In this document: positions 46,457 to 56,080 of the stretch, piece after piece
Layout: each line of letters begins with the position of its first letter
Numbering within the stretch: position 1 is the first letter of the stretch
From: an uncultured Pseudomonadales bacterium
GTDB lineage: Bacteria; Patescibacteriota; Microgenomatia; UBA1400; PJMF01
Assembly: GCA_964406075.1 (NCBI GenBank)
Contig: CAYOQI010000003.1
Span: forward strand, 140,718-204,717
DNA: 64,000 nucleotides
Reading direction: 5' to 3'
Program-made: the position numbers and the translations under genes
The notes under the pieces: model-generated
The model's database searches: none
Told to the model about the DNA's origin: nothing
Seen by the model: the letters and a program-made list of their open reading frames with translations, nothing else

Positions 46457-47515
46457 CTAGTCAATATAAAGCCCAACTTCTCCAATACGAGGACCACCTT
46501 TGTATGCACTTTTGTACAAGCCATGAGTGTCAAGTAATCTCAAGTAGTGAAACTCCCCTTTTTCATCCCGATAACCTTCTGAAGCAAAATTGAATATCTT
46601 CATAAAATTATCTGGAACTTTATGTGAAAGCGCTCCGTAGATGCCATTTTCCCAGTGTTCATCTACTTCACTGTATCCATAGTAATCTTCTAGAAGTTTT
46701 TTGTCAGCTTCAGTAAAAACTTCAGATGGACTTGGGATACGATAGGCAGCCCATACATCGTCCGCTCCATAACGATGCATATTTTCAATTGCCCGTTTAC
46801 TAACAGCTACGGTAGCGGTTTTGATAGTGAGTTTTTTCCCGAGATTTCTTAGCTCTTTCAAGGGATAATTCATGTGTGCTCCAGAGTAACTTGAATCGTC
46901 ATACACAATGACTGTCGTACCATCTGGAATTTGATCTGTCATGTTGTGGAGGTCATCGACATCTGTAACAAGGCCGAGTAACTCCCCGTTTGCTACCATC
47001 GCTCTAACTGGTGCGAAAGCATCTGAACGCGCTATTTTACCCCCACTTTCGCCAACAAAAGTGGTCACAACTAGGGTAGGTCCTTGCGAAGCTGCATGCC
47101 TAATCTGTTCAACGATTTGACCTAAGCCTTTTTGGAAATGGGAGCGATCCACCACGTGAATTTCGGCTAAGATTTTTTCCAAGAGATTTTCGTCACGTCC
47201 CTGTGATCTCCAATTTTCCACAAATCTTTCGATGAGTTCTCCAGGCTGGAGTAGCTGACGCTCTTCTGATGGAATGTTGGCTATTTTTTCTGCCAGGGGA
47301 ATATGTTCCACTTCTTTTGCTTCCAAATGGGCCGGTTTTACTGTCTCAGATTGATCACGACGATGCATTTGTGCAATTGTCCTGATGAATTGTGCTAATC
47401 TGCCATGCATTGGTTCATAACCTTTTTTTTCTCCTGACATAAATACACCTCTTCGATTAGTACAATATTTTCCAATTAAGTGTACACTTACTCTAAGTAT
47501 AATTACATCAAACAC
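46457..47515 (-). CDS. Hypothetical protein with a PRTase-like nucleotide-binding motif
   Basis: GTTVIVYDDSSYSGAHM resembles the phosphoribosyltransferase PRPP loop (hydrophobic-hydrophobic-DD-x-x-x-SG). The start is possibly Met at 47440. Confidence 0.4.
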   Translation of the reverse strand: MFDVIILRVSVHLIGKYCTNRRGVFMSGEKKGYEPMHGRLAQFIRTIAQMHRRDQSETVKPAHLEAKEVEHIPLAEKIANIPSEERQLLQPGELIERFVENWRSQGRDENLLEKILAEIHVVDRSHFQKGLGQIVEQIRHAASQGPTLVVTTFVGESGGKIARSDAFAPVRAMVANGELLGLVTDVDDLHNMTDQIPDGTTVIVYDDSSYSGAHMNYPLKELRNLGKKLTIKTATVAVSKRAIENMHRYGADDVWAAYRIPSPSEVFTEADKKLLEDYYGYSEVDEHWENGIYGALSHKVPDNFMKIFNFASEGYRDEKGEFHYLRLLDTHGLYKSAYKGGPRIGEVGLYID

Positions 47516-47616
47516 ATAAAAAGTTATGGGACTCTTGATCTGGAAGCGAGTTATTATTTCATCCCACAGATCCGACAGCGTTTTTCTTCTCTAATCTAAA
47601 ATTTCCCTGAAAAAGT

Positions 47617-47652
47617 AAAAAAAAACCCCGCCTCGGGCGTACCGATGGCGGA
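47617..47652 (-). terminator. Rho-independent terminator
   Basis: On the minus strand CUCCGCC-(14 nt)-GGCGGGG is followed by U9. Confidence 0.6.
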
Positions 47653-47693
47653 GTCAATGACGATTAGCAATGAAGCGAATCGTCAGGCGGTGA

Positions 47694-47819
47694 TTATCGC
47701 GGATGCAGATAATCACCTGGTTGTGAGGGTCGAGGTTGATAGAGGAAAATCCTCCATCCCACGACGCTGATCACAATTAAAAAAAGCAAAACCCAAACTA
47801 AGGTTGTGCCGTCAGGCAT
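47694..47819 (-). CDS. Possible 41-aa single-TM peptide
   Basis: MPDGTTLVWVLLFLIVISVVGWRIFLYQPRP... The ORF is bracketed by two terminators. Its short length means only weak support. Confidence 0.3.
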   Translation of the reverse strand: MPDGTTLVWVLLFLIVISVVGWRIFLYQPRPSQPGDYLHPR

Positions 47820-47933
47820 TTTCTCTTCTCCATTTCTTAAATAAACTTCACTTTTTCGTCCTAAATTATACCACTTTCTCACCTTTTTCTCAAGTTATGG
47901 GTTGCTTAGTTAGCAAATTTCTATCTGGACATA

Positions 47934-47959
47934 CAAAAACCCCGTCTTGATAGACGGGG
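47934..47959 (-). terminator. Rho-independent terminator
   Basis: On the minus strand CCCCGUC-UAUCAA-GACGGGG is followed by UUUUUG. Confidence 0.75.
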
Positions 47960-48022
47960 AATTCATCGGTGTTTTTAACTTAATTATCCTTACCAATCAG
48001 ACTTACATCTGTTGGTCTTTCT

Positions 48023-48751
48023 TTAGTCTTGAAATTCGTTCAGTGTTTTTCGGACCATGGCTCCGATCCGAGCGTCCTCGGCGATAAGCTTAAATTCAGC
48101 CATGGTGCCGATGTAGTAATCAACTTCAGGATTCTCCTTAAGCCAAACGAGAATTTGATCAAGCCGGCTGTCCGGGTGAGCAAGTTGCCGAAGCTGAGAG
48201 GCTTCCTCTGCGAACATGACGACGATTTCTCCATGTCCCATCTCGGCGAGACGTGTGCGGATGTAGGCGAGGCGAGGGTCTTGTTCGGCTTTTTCCTGCT
48301 GAAGCTTCTCCAATTGGAGTCTCAGGTTCTCAGGGTCAAGCATTGTTCCTTCAACTATGTTTTGTTTACCAAATTGCTCAGGTTTTTCCTCACTCGGGGA
48401 TCCTGCGAGGAGTAGAACCAATTCATCAATAAATTTTTCCCAATTTAAATGGGGCAAATCTAATTTGATGTGAGGCAGGAGGTACAGCAGGATGCTGAGA
48501 ATGATAAGGGTTTGGATTGGTAATTCCAGAGTAAAGCTGTTAAGGAGTGAAGCCAACAGGATTAGGCCTGTGGCCTGTACAACAGCTTTTGTCCCATCCT
48601 TGACAATTTTCTCGATTTGCGGAGTCATGGTTTTCTCTTTCCTTTTCTTTCTTCTTTTTACCATTTTTACCGATGTGTTAAAAATCGTACGTACCCGAGA
48701 GATGCATAGTATGCATTCCCAAGTTCGTACAAGATGCGGGGATTTTAGCAT
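48023..48751 (-). CDS. Hypothetical membrane protein
   Basis: Two TM helices followed by an acidic coiled-coil. The start is possibly Met at 48628 (MTPQIEKIV). Confidence 0.4.
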   Translation of the reverse strand: MLKSPHLVRTWECILCISRVRTIFNTSVKMVKRRKKRKEKTMTPQIEKIVKDGTKAVVQATGLILLASLLNSFTLELPIQTLIILSILLYLLPHIKLDLPHLNWEKFIDELVLLLAGSPSEEKPEQFGKQNIVEGTMLDPENLRLQLEKLQQEKAEQDPRLAYIRTRLAEMGHGEIVVMFAEEASQLRQLAHPDSRLDQILVWLKENPEVDYYIGTMAEFKLIAEDARIGAMVRKTLNEFQD

Positions 48752-48834
48752 AACAAGGCATTAAAATCCATACTATGGGACTTAAATGTCTGTTTTCTGA
48801 GTTTCAGAGATAGTAGTACTGTATAATTTTCCTT

Positions 48835-49527
48835 ATGCCACGAAATATCAAAAAAAACACCCCACCATCTCCCAAAAAGGTTGAACCAAAAAAAGAAGTC
48901 ACCAAGAAAAAGACTGTCAAAAAAAAAGTTGAACCGCCTCTCTCTCCATCTGCTCAATACTCTCGGTCATTGATGTACATTTTTCCTGTTTTGATTGGCA
49001 TGTATTTTTTCGTTTCATTTTTCCTTGATAAACTATCAAACAAACCCGCCATTCGGGCATATTGTCAGGAAACGGAAACTTTTATCCAAGAGAACGCCTC
49101 GACATTCCCACATCTGTTCACTACTTGGTTTGATGAAGCCAAAAACTGTCAGGGTGATTCCACTTGTCAGGAAGAAGTTCAATCACGAATCATGACTTCG
49201 CTTGATGGCAAGGAATCACTTCCCTACTTTGAGTCGACCTATTTCATCCGTGCCAAATCAAATACTGAGATAGAAAAGTTATTTTTATCAGGAGAATGGA
49301 AAATGATTACCGTGACCAAAGATGAACGAAAAGTTCAAAAAGTGTTGGCACTTCTCCAAGGACGACATCGAAAAATTTGTGATCAAGGCTTCAAAACAGA
49401 TGGTCTGTATCCGAATATAGAAAGTATGACTTATTTACATGACATTTGGTCTGAGGCCGAGATTATTATTCCTGTCAAAGAAGATGGAAAAGTGATTGGG
49501 GCGGTTGTCAAAGCTTGGGGAGATTAA
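48835..49527 (+). CDS. Hypothetical membrane-anchored protein with a Lys-rich N-terminus
   Basis: A basic N-terminus (KKNTPPSPKKVEPKKEVTKKKTVKKK) followed by a TM helix. Confidence 0.4.
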   Translation: MPRNIKKNTPPSPKKVEPKKEVTKKKTVKKKVEPPLSPSAQYSRSLMYIFPVLIGMYFFVSFFLDKLSNKPAIRAYCQETETFIQENASTFPHLFTTWFDEAKNCQGDSTCQEEVQSRIMTSLDGKESLPYFESTYFIRAKSNTEIEKLFLSGEWKMITVTKDERKVQKVLALLQGRHRKICDQGFKTDGLYPNIESMTYLHDIWSEAEIIIPVKEDGKVIGAVVKAWGD

Positions 49528-49580
49528 TTTTTCTTTACTGCCAAATTTTCTCGAGTGTGGTAAAGTACTCACTTGTATAT

Positions 49581-49654
<74 letters not shown>

Positions 49655-49734
49655 CCCTTTTTGACTGATGCGCTTGTCCCGTCCAACGAAGTCAGGCGGG
49701 AAATCTCGAGCAGAGCGAAGATCCTCTGTGAGGG

Positions 49735-49748
49735 CGGCTGGACGCACC
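49735..49748 (+). repeat. Perfect 14-nt direct duplicate of the tRNA-Arg 3' end, followed by T7
   Basis: CGGCTGGACGCACC occurs at 49643-49656 and again at 49735-49748. Confidence 0.8.
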
Positions 49749-49807
49749 GTTTTTTTAAAGTTTAAAGAAAAATTCTTCACTAAAGAGTGATATAATTAAT
49801 CGAGAAT

Positions 49808-50482
49808 ATGTCAAACATTCAATTGGTACGTCGGCCGAAGGTGATCTTTTGTGATATTGATAAAACTCTTACATCAGAAGATATTTGGTATTTACTCACT
49901 ACTTCCCTCAATGGTGACCTCGAAATACATTTCCAACTCTACACAAAGTATGTCCGCAAACAAATTTCTTTTGAAGAAATGAAAAAAGGTTTGTTTGATA
50001 TGTGGAAAAAAGGATACGGTGGTCCTATTCCCAGAAAAGTTCTCGAAGATATTTTTTTCAAAGTGGAACTTCGTGGTGAAGCATTTGCCTTTTTTTCAGA
50101 TTTAAATTCTAAGGGGTATGAAGTTTGTTTAATTTCCAGCTATATGGATGTTTTTGTAAAACAGGTTGCTGAACGATTGCAGATTAAACATTGGTACGCC
50201 AATTCTCTTTTTCAATTTGATGAAAATGATAACTGGATTGATTACAAACAGGATACAGACGAAGCTGGTTTCAAGTTGCGAAAACTTGAAGACTTTTTGC
50301 AACGACACAAGATAGCTAAAGATGAGTGTTTGGTATTGGGTGGTGGCTATGAAGAGATGGAAGTGTTTCGACATTATCCTGGTGTCGCTGTAAATACAGA
50401 GTATGAGCCGTTGATTACATTAGCATGGAAAGAAATTAAGTACTTGCCCACTCTCCTCCAAATCCTCAATCAGTTTGAGTAA
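49808..50482 (+). CDS. HAD-superfamily hydrolase (phosphoserine-phosphatase-like subfamily IB)
   Basis: Motif I is FCDIDKTLT (DxDxT), with a later GGGYEEMEV region. Confidence 0.6.
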   Translation: MSNIQLVRRPKVIFCDIDKTLTSEDIWYLLTTSLNGDLEIHFQLYTKYVRKQISFEEMKKGLFDMWKKGYGGPIPRKVLEDIFFKVELRGEAFAFFSDLNSKGYEVCLISSYMDVFVKQVAERLQIKHWYANSLFQFDENDNWIDYKQDTDEAGFKLRKLEDFLQRHKIAKDECLVLGGGYEEMEVFRHYPGVAVNTEYEPLITLAWKEIKYLPTLLQILNQFE

Positions 50483-50517
50483 ACAGAATTGCTCTCATCT
50501 GGTATAATGCTCGACTT

Positions 50518-51312
50518 ATGTCTCACGAGATAAAACAACTAAGTGAATTTACAGACTTCGAAAATATTTTTCGAAATAAATTTATTACAGCGTTGATTTT
50601 TGATTTCGATAAAACAGTGATCGAAAATGATTCCTATCAAATTCTTTATGAACTGTTATCTGGTCAAGATGGTGAAGAGTTGTATCAGCAATTTCTGATT
50701 GATCAAAAGGAAATGAAATTTATCGATGCTCATCGAAAATTCGAGAATGGTGTTATAGATCTTTTAAGAAGTAAAGGTCTTGCCACCAGAGAGAATGTCA
50801 CAAATATAACAAAATATTTTGTCCTTAGAGAAGGAGTTGATCAAGTAATCAGTTTGGCTAAACAAGAGTTGGGAATGAGAGTGATTATCATTTCTGCAGG
50901 GATAAGTATCATAAGAAAATTTGTGGAAGATAAGCTTCCAGATGTAGATAAAGTATATACAAATACGGAATTTTTTTATGAACCAGTGGATAATGGTGGT
51001 CAGGTGTACAAGATGCATCAATATTCAGATTTTTCAAAATACAAAGTGGAACAGCTTATAGATGCAACAAAGTTATATAACTTCAAGCTAAGTGATGCAA
51101 TGATAATGGGAGACAGTGGATATGATACAGACATGGTTCAAGCAGTTCAGAATGAAGGTGGAATTGGTATTGCTGTAGCAACAAATAATATTGAGTTGAG
51201 AAGTGTGGCTATGGCAGAAATTGAGAGTTTTAATGAACTTCTTGAGTATTTAACGTTGTACAAGAATTACCTGAGGTCTAGAGAATTGCTTCCAAGACGG
51301 CGAGTCAGTTAG
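50518..51312 (+). CDS. HAD-superfamily hydrolase, second copy
   Basis: Motif I is IFDFDKTVI, and motif IV is GDSGYDTDM. Confidence 0.6.
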   Translation: MSHEIKQLSEFTDFENIFRNKFITALIFDFDKTVIENDSYQILYELLSGQDGEELYQQFLIDQKEMKFIDAHRKFENGVIDLLRSKGLATRENVTNITKYFVLREGVDQVISLAKQELGMRVIIISAGISIIRKFVEDKLPDVDKVYTNTEFFYEPVDNGGQVYKMHQYSDFSKYKVEQLIDATKLYNFKLSDAMIMGDSGYDTDMVQAVQNEGGIGIAVATNNIELRSVAMAEIESFNELLEYLTLYKNYLRSRELLPRRRVS

Positions 51313-51368
51313 TTTATAGATGTTTTTCTAGATTGATCAATTCTTCTCTGGTACAATAACTCTACTTT

Positions 51369-51446
51369 GGTGGTATTAGCTCAGTTGGTTAGAGCGTCGG
51401 TTTGTGGAACCGAAGGTCGCCGGTTCGAACCCGGTATACCACCCCA
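51369..51446 (+). tRNA. tRNA-His (anticodon GUG) with encoded G-1 and CCA
   Basis: G-1 plus acceptor GUGGUAU/AUACCAC, discriminator C, CCA. Anticodon arm UCGGU-UUGUGGA-ACCGA, T arm GCCGG-UUCGAAC-CCGGU. Confidence 0.9.
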
Positions 51447-51511
51447 AACACTTCATTTTTTATCTTAGAATGATTCCAAACAAAACTTGAGAGCCCTAAA
51501 GGAGTTATTGA

Positions 51512-54253
51512 ATGGAAGAAGAAAGAAAAAAACAGAAAGAGAGCGAGATTTCCCAAACTCTTGAATCTTTTAGTCGTGGTGAACGGAATGATTTCATCCG
51601 TATTGGGAAACGTTTAGCCGAATATCTTCACGAGAATAATATCCGTCGGATTGTTTTTTTGGATGCAGGGGCGCGATCTGCCTATCTTTGTCTCCTAGAA
51701 TCCTGGCATCGATTATATCCTCAAGAGACACATCCGGAAATTTACTTTATTAATCCACTGGGGCTAAATACCCAGGAGATGATGGATGATGTAGTGCCAC
51801 CAAAAAAACTGTCTCGTATTTCAGTGCTGAGTGCAAAACACGCAATGAATGAAGTTTCAGCTGAAGATTCGAAGAAAGGTGGAGAAACGACTCGTGCCGG
51901 GAGAACAAAAGTAGAGGTACAAGAAGAATTTGAGTCTACCTACCGTCAATTGACTAAAGATAAGGAGTCCTCTCTTTTAGTGTTTGATACATGCCAACAT
52001 ACTGGTTTGTCGACAGATCCTATACTTCGAACTTTAGAACAAATTGGATTCAAAGATGTGCAGCTTGGATTAGCTTCGCAAGTCAATGATCTCACAACAA
52101 CACAACCAGATTTTATAGCGCTGAAAGGTGAAGCCCACGGTCGTTGTTACCCTTTTGATAGAGAGAGTCTGATTAAAAAACGCTGGGACTCGGTTCTTTC
52201 TCTGCCTGTTACTTCTGCCAAAGAAAAACACAAAGGTATTGTTTTACGTCAAACAATTAAAAGAATTTTTGATGTTCAATGGGATGTGGTAGTAAAACCA
52301 GAGCCTGTAATGAAGTTAGAGCGTCTGGGCTTTCCGAATGAAACTGTGATTACTCGCCCACCAAGTGTAGATCTTTTTTATGCTGGAAAAGAATCAAATT
52401 CTTTTTTACCAACCGAAATTGCAACTCATCCAACATTGATCGAACAAGCGAGAGAACGACGGATAATTCACGCTCGTTTGCATAAAGTTTTTACGAAAAT
52501 TCCTGATGTGAGAATGGGTTGGAGTACCGCTTTAGAGCAAGGTTTGATCATAGAGGAAGATATTCAAGAGGTATATCAAGAATTATTGCGTTTTCTCCAA
52601 AGTGATCCCAACAATGCTCGTATCCTGCTTTACCTCCCATTTGAGATGCTACTTTCTAGCTCTGAATTAAATCATCTTGATGACAGCATTGGAACAGAAT
52701 TTCAGAAAATTTATCACCATAAATGGTTACGGTTGCTCTTTGAAAACGAGCCGAGAGTCAATTTTGTAGATGGAGATATTCCCGAAGTAGAACTTGGGAG
52801 AGGTGAGCCGGTTATTGTCCATAAAGCAGCTCATATGATTCCTGAACTTCTCTCCAAGAAATGGCTGAGTATTTCGTATGTCATTGCTATTTTAGAGATA
52901 GCTGAAGATGCAGGATTAGAAAGTGGGATTTTTGAGGGGTTGCAGGCGGCATATCGTCGGAATCTTTTAACAATAAGTGAGATTGATGCTCTTCGTCATT
53001 CTACGCGATCTACTGTAGTAGAGTTTGCTCATATGCTCGATTTAAAAAATTTAGGAAGTTCTGGCCCAATTGTTGAAGAAAAGCCACCTTTTCATCTTGA
53101 AACATTTTTAGCTGGTTTTGAGGAAGAACACCAACTCCATCAGGATATGTATAGTCAGGATTCCCCTTTTGTCCAACAAATGACGAAAGCTCGATATCGT
53201 TGGGAAAAAAAGGATCGTTATGAAAAACTATTGAATCAAGATGCGCTGAAACTTGTACCGGCGCTTCAGGATGATATTCTGGCAGTTCAGGATATTCTTC
53301 CTGATTCCGATCATGTAGATCAAGAAAGATTTTCTCGTTTACTCATAAAAAGTATTTTTTTGACCACAGAATCATTGGCCAATGAAAATAAAGATCAGGC
53401 AAAGACTTTTTTTGAAAAACATACGGCATTTTTGGAAAAAGCATGGAATGTTGAATCGCTCACTGTCCGAAACGACCTTTATAGTGGGTGGTCCCATCTT
53501 ATTCACCTAGACATTCTTGCACCTGATTATGTCCATCAATTTAATCTTCAGCTTCCAATTATCGATACACCTCAATCTGCTGATCTAGAGAAATTAGCAA
53601 AAAATGAATTGCAAGGAGTTCAACATGCACTTAAACTCATGGAAAGCGATGATGTTCTTCAACAAAACTTTTATCCAGTTTTTGTGTTGTGGGGATCAAG
53701 AATAAAAGGGTATCCGACTTTGGAATCTGATACAGATTTTATTGGTTTTCAAAAAGAAGCCACTGCGAATGATACTCGTTCAGTTGAAGATTCCGAGGCG
53801 ACAATTGCACAGGCTGTAGAAGGTAAAGATAGTTTATTGAAATTTTTAGTACAAGAAGAAAATGGTAAGTACAAGATTATGCACTTACCTACTCCAAAAG
53901 AAGGGTATATAAGTCCAACAGTTACTCAGCCTTTATTGGGAGCAGTGTGGATAGGAGATCAAGAAATAGTAAAAAAAATACAAGGATCAGTGATTGAAAG
54001 ATTTGTCAATTTAGAGCGATTTGGAGAAAAGAAGGAAGAAGTTCGATCACGATTATTACGAAATCTGGAAGGTGAAACTTTGCAAGCTCGTCTTCTCCAC
54101 CGTGGATATCGATTTTTCTATGCGGATCAAATACCAGCTGAAATAAAGCAAGAAAAAGCTATTGATGGAGATAGTGCGTTTTGGGATCCAGGGTACCGCA
54201 GAATGGCAAGCCAATTATTTCTCAGTCGGGTCTTTTTGCCAGATCTTAGTTAA
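51512..54253 (+). CDS. 913-aa orphan protein with an N-terminal PRTase-like motif and a C-terminal Pol-beta-type nucleotidyltransferase motif
   Basis: SLLVFDTCQHTGLS is PRPP-loop-like. LWGSRIKGYPTLESDTDFIGF matches the GS-x(n)-D-x-D minimal NTase signature. Confidence 0.45.
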   Translation: MEEERKKQKESEISQTLESFSRGERNDFIRIGKRLAEYLHENNIRRIVFLDAGARSAYLCLLESWHRLYPQETHPEIYFINPLGLNTQEMMDDVVPPKKLSRISVLSAKHAMNEVSAEDSKKGGETTRAGRTKVEVQEEFESTYRQLTKDKESSLLVFDTCQHTGLSTDPILRTLEQIGFKDVQLGLASQVNDLTTTQPDFIALKGEAHGRCYPFDRESLIKKRWDSVLSLPVTSAKEKHKGIVLRQTIKRIFDVQWDVVVKPEPVMKLERLGFPNETVITRPPSVDLFYAGKESNSFLPTEIATHPTLIEQARERRIIHARLHKVFTKIPDVRMGWSTALEQGLIIEEDIQEVYQELLRFLQSDPNNARILLYLPFEMLLSSSELNHLDDSIGTEFQKIYHHKWLRLLFENEPRVNFVDGDIPEVELGRGEPVIVHKAAHMIPELLSKKWLSISYVIAILEIAEDAGLESGIFEGLQAAYRRNLLTISEIDALRHSTRSTVVEFAHMLDLKNLGSSGPIVEEKPPFHLETFLAGFEEEHQLHQDMYSQDSPFVQQMTKARYRWEKKDRYEKLLNQDALKLVPALQDDILAVQDILPDSDHVDQERFSRLLIKSIFLTTESLANENKDQAKTFFEKHTAFLEKAWNVESLTVRNDLYSGWSHLIHLDILAPDYVHQFNLQLPIIDTPQSADLEKLAKNELQGVQHALKLMESDDVLQQNFYPVFVLWGSRIKGYPTLESDTDFIGFQKEATANDTRSVEDSEATIAQAVEGKDSLLKFLVQEENGKYKIMHLPTPKEGYISPTVTQPLLGAVWIGDQEIVKKIQGSVIERFVNLERFGEKKEEVRSRLLRNLEGETLQARLLHRGYRFFYADQIPAEIKQEKAIDGDSAFWDPGYRRMASQLFLSRVFLPDLS

Positions 54254-54259
54254 AATTTT

Positions 54260-54306
54260 CCTTTCGTCCTTTTGGACTCATCAGTAGAGATACACATCTC
54301 TAAAGG
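54260..54306 (-). ncRNA. Hammerhead ribozyme core (type III topology) with a very short stem III
   Basis: The minus strand reads CCUU|UAGAGAU-GUGU-AUCUCUA-CUGAUGA-GUCC-AAAA-GGAC-GAAA-GG. All invariant core nucleotides are present (C3-A9, G12-A14, A15.1/U16.1, H17=U). Stem I is 7 bp, stem II is 4 bp, and stem III is only 3 bp locally. Confidence 0.7.
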
Positions 54307-54340
54307 TTAGGGCAAGAGTTTTATCTCCTTCTTGCCCTAA
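54307..54340 (-). other. Perfect 11-bp hairpin immediately 5' of the hammerhead
   Basis: On the minus strand UUAGGGCAAGA-AGGAGAUAAAAC-UCUUGCCCUAA. Confidence 0.6.
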
Positions 54341-54357
54341 ATATACTATCAATACGA

Positions 54358-54786
54358 TTAATTCTGTTTGGCCCAGTCCATGAGGGTTTTTAAGATGCTC
54401 CCCATGCCTTTCACCAGCAGGTTGGCTTTACTGAGGAATGTTACATCATCCCCAAATAGAGCGTCTGCTAGTTCGACCAAATCGTCGATGCCTTTCACGC
54501 TCACCAAGTATCCGGCCCGCGCATCTTTAGTAAAGACGTTTGGCGGGGTGATCGCTCGGAGCAGTAGAACTTCCTGTGACGCAAATTGTTGCCAATCAAA
54601 ATCCGAATAGAACATATGTTCGTTCATCCGGTTTCGGTTTTGAATGAGCCACATTCCGATTCGGGCGACGCTTCCTTCACGCAGATTGCGCTCAGGAAGC
54701 ACGATTGAAAGGAAATCTGCCAAGAACTGGCTAGAGTTCGTCGTCGTGAAACCCATTGCCAGTGCCGGGCAGGCCCCCCTCTCCAA
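54358..54786 (-). CDS. Island orphan protein F (up to 142 aa)
   Basis: A high-GC ORF. The first two Mets overlap the end of gene E by 56 or 26 nt, and an alternative start at 54654 gives 98 aa. No motif was recognised. Confidence 0.45.
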   Translation of the reverse strand: MERGACPALAMGFTTTNSSQFLADFLSIVLPERNLREGSVARIGMWLIQNRNRMNEHMFYSDFDWQQFASQEVLLLRAITPPNVFTKDARAGYLVSVKGIDDLVELADALFGDDVTFLSKANLLVKGMGSILKTLMDWAKQN

Positions 54787-55777
54787 TGTTACGAGTGCGG
54801 CGGCGAGGCATGACTTCCGGGCGACGCGGCTGACGACTGAGCTGAACCTTCATAGTGGGCAATGCGCCCATACGGGCCGCCTGATTGTAAGCGGTAGTAG
54901 CAGCCGGGAATTCGCCGCGCAGCGCCAAACGTTTGACACCAGGTTTGATGTGATCGCGCAACCAGGCCAATTTGCTCTCATCCCCAGGGGTTACCTCACG
55001 GGTTTGAGTGGCGGCCAAGAAGACAACCTGACGAACATCGAGTGGAACGCCATTCCAGGAAATGCGGCCAGTGCCAATTCCACTCTTCGGTAGCGCCTGT
55101 GTTGGGTTCACCGGGTCGGCATCATAGATGCTTTGCGCATCGACGCCAACTTTGATGACTTCATAGCTGTTGCTATCAGGGTCATACCAGACACCATCCA
55201 CAGCAGGCGGAAAACCTTCTTCCAGTGACATGATATACGCCACTGTCTGTTCGGCGTTAACGCTACCATCATCATTGATGACTACGATAGGAGTACCCAG
55301 TCGACGTTCGATCTGCCCCATAACCAGGTAAGGCATGTTGCGGATCTTTGGACTGTATCCGCCGACGATCTGAGGAACTGGTAGCATTGAACTCATGTCG
55401 AAGTCGCCAGCACCAGCGCCCATCGCGCTGCCCATGTTGCCCATGAGCAAAAAGGTCATGAGTGTACCCTGATCCATACCCAGGGTGTTAGCATAGGAGC
55501 TAACCGCCGCCGGAGTTGGGTTTGCGCCTTCAGCAATTTCTTCTTCTGTGACTTGGTCGGTAGCTGGGACGGCTGGCATGTTGTAGTGGGAGACGATCTG
55601 AGCAGCCTTGATTGGTGTCAGCTTGACTTTGTGTTTGGCAACAGTCAACATTTCTGTGGTGACATGTTGCATACTTTCCGCGTCCTCTGCGCCCAGGGCT
55701 GCAATCGCATCGATTTGCGAGGCAGTTAACCCGAACATATTGGACAAGTCTTCCCGCAATTCATTCTTCATTGTCAT
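54731..55777 (-). CDS. Island orphan protein E (348 aa) with an Arg-rich C-terminal tail
   Basis: A long high-GC ORF. It has a Gly/Met/Ala low-complexity stretch and a C-terminal RQPRRPEVMPRRRTRN. No family was recognised. Confidence 0.55.
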   Translation of the reverse strand: MTMKNELREDLSNMFGLTASQIDAIAALGAEDAESMQHVTTEMLTVAKHKVKLTPIKAAQIVSHYNMPAVPATDQVTEEEIAEGANPTPAAVSSYANTLGMDQGTLMTFLLMGNMGSAMGAGAGDFDMSSMLPVPQIVGGYSPKIRNMPYLVMGQIERRLGTPIVVINDDGSVNAEQTVAYIMSLEEGFPPAVDGVWYDPDSNSYEVIKVGVDAQSIYDADPVNPTQALPKSGIGTGRISWNGVPLDVRQVVFLAATQTREVTPGDESKLAWLRDHIKPGVKRLALRGEFPAATTAYNQAARMGALPTMKVQLSRQPRRPEVMPRRRTRNIGEGGLPGTGNGFHDDEL

Positions 55778-55878
55778 GATACTGTTCCTTTGCCTTTCAT
55801 CACTTAGGATGTTATATTTTGCCCAAATGGGCGCTTCTTTTTGGTCAAGTGTGCCACCATCGCGAAATGCGTGACCTA

Positions 55879-55921
55879 TATGGTGCAGACTAAGGAAAAA
55901 TTATCCTCACTCTGCACCATA
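55879..55921 (-). promoter_or_regulatory. 11-bp perfect hairpin in the 5' leader of gene E
   Basis: TATGGTGCAGA at 55879-55889 pairs with TCTGCACCATA at 55911-55921. The 21-nt loop contains a nested AGGA/UCCU pair. Confidence 0.5.
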
Positions 55922-56080
55922 CAGATCTTAAAAAACTTTTTGTATTGATAGTATGAACAAGAATAATAACTGCTTATTTAGTTCGTAACGAACATAAGCC
56001 GATAGTATTCTTGGTTGTTAACGAGCTCTAATGCGAGCATTAGACCGTATAGTATAGCATTTTTATGCTATAAGATAAGT

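Noticed and set aside
47846-47870. TTTCGTCC (the reverse complement of GGACGAAA) near 47850, considered as a third hammerhead.
   Set aside because: No CTCATCAG partner and no stems I-III are present. It is only a partial core match.
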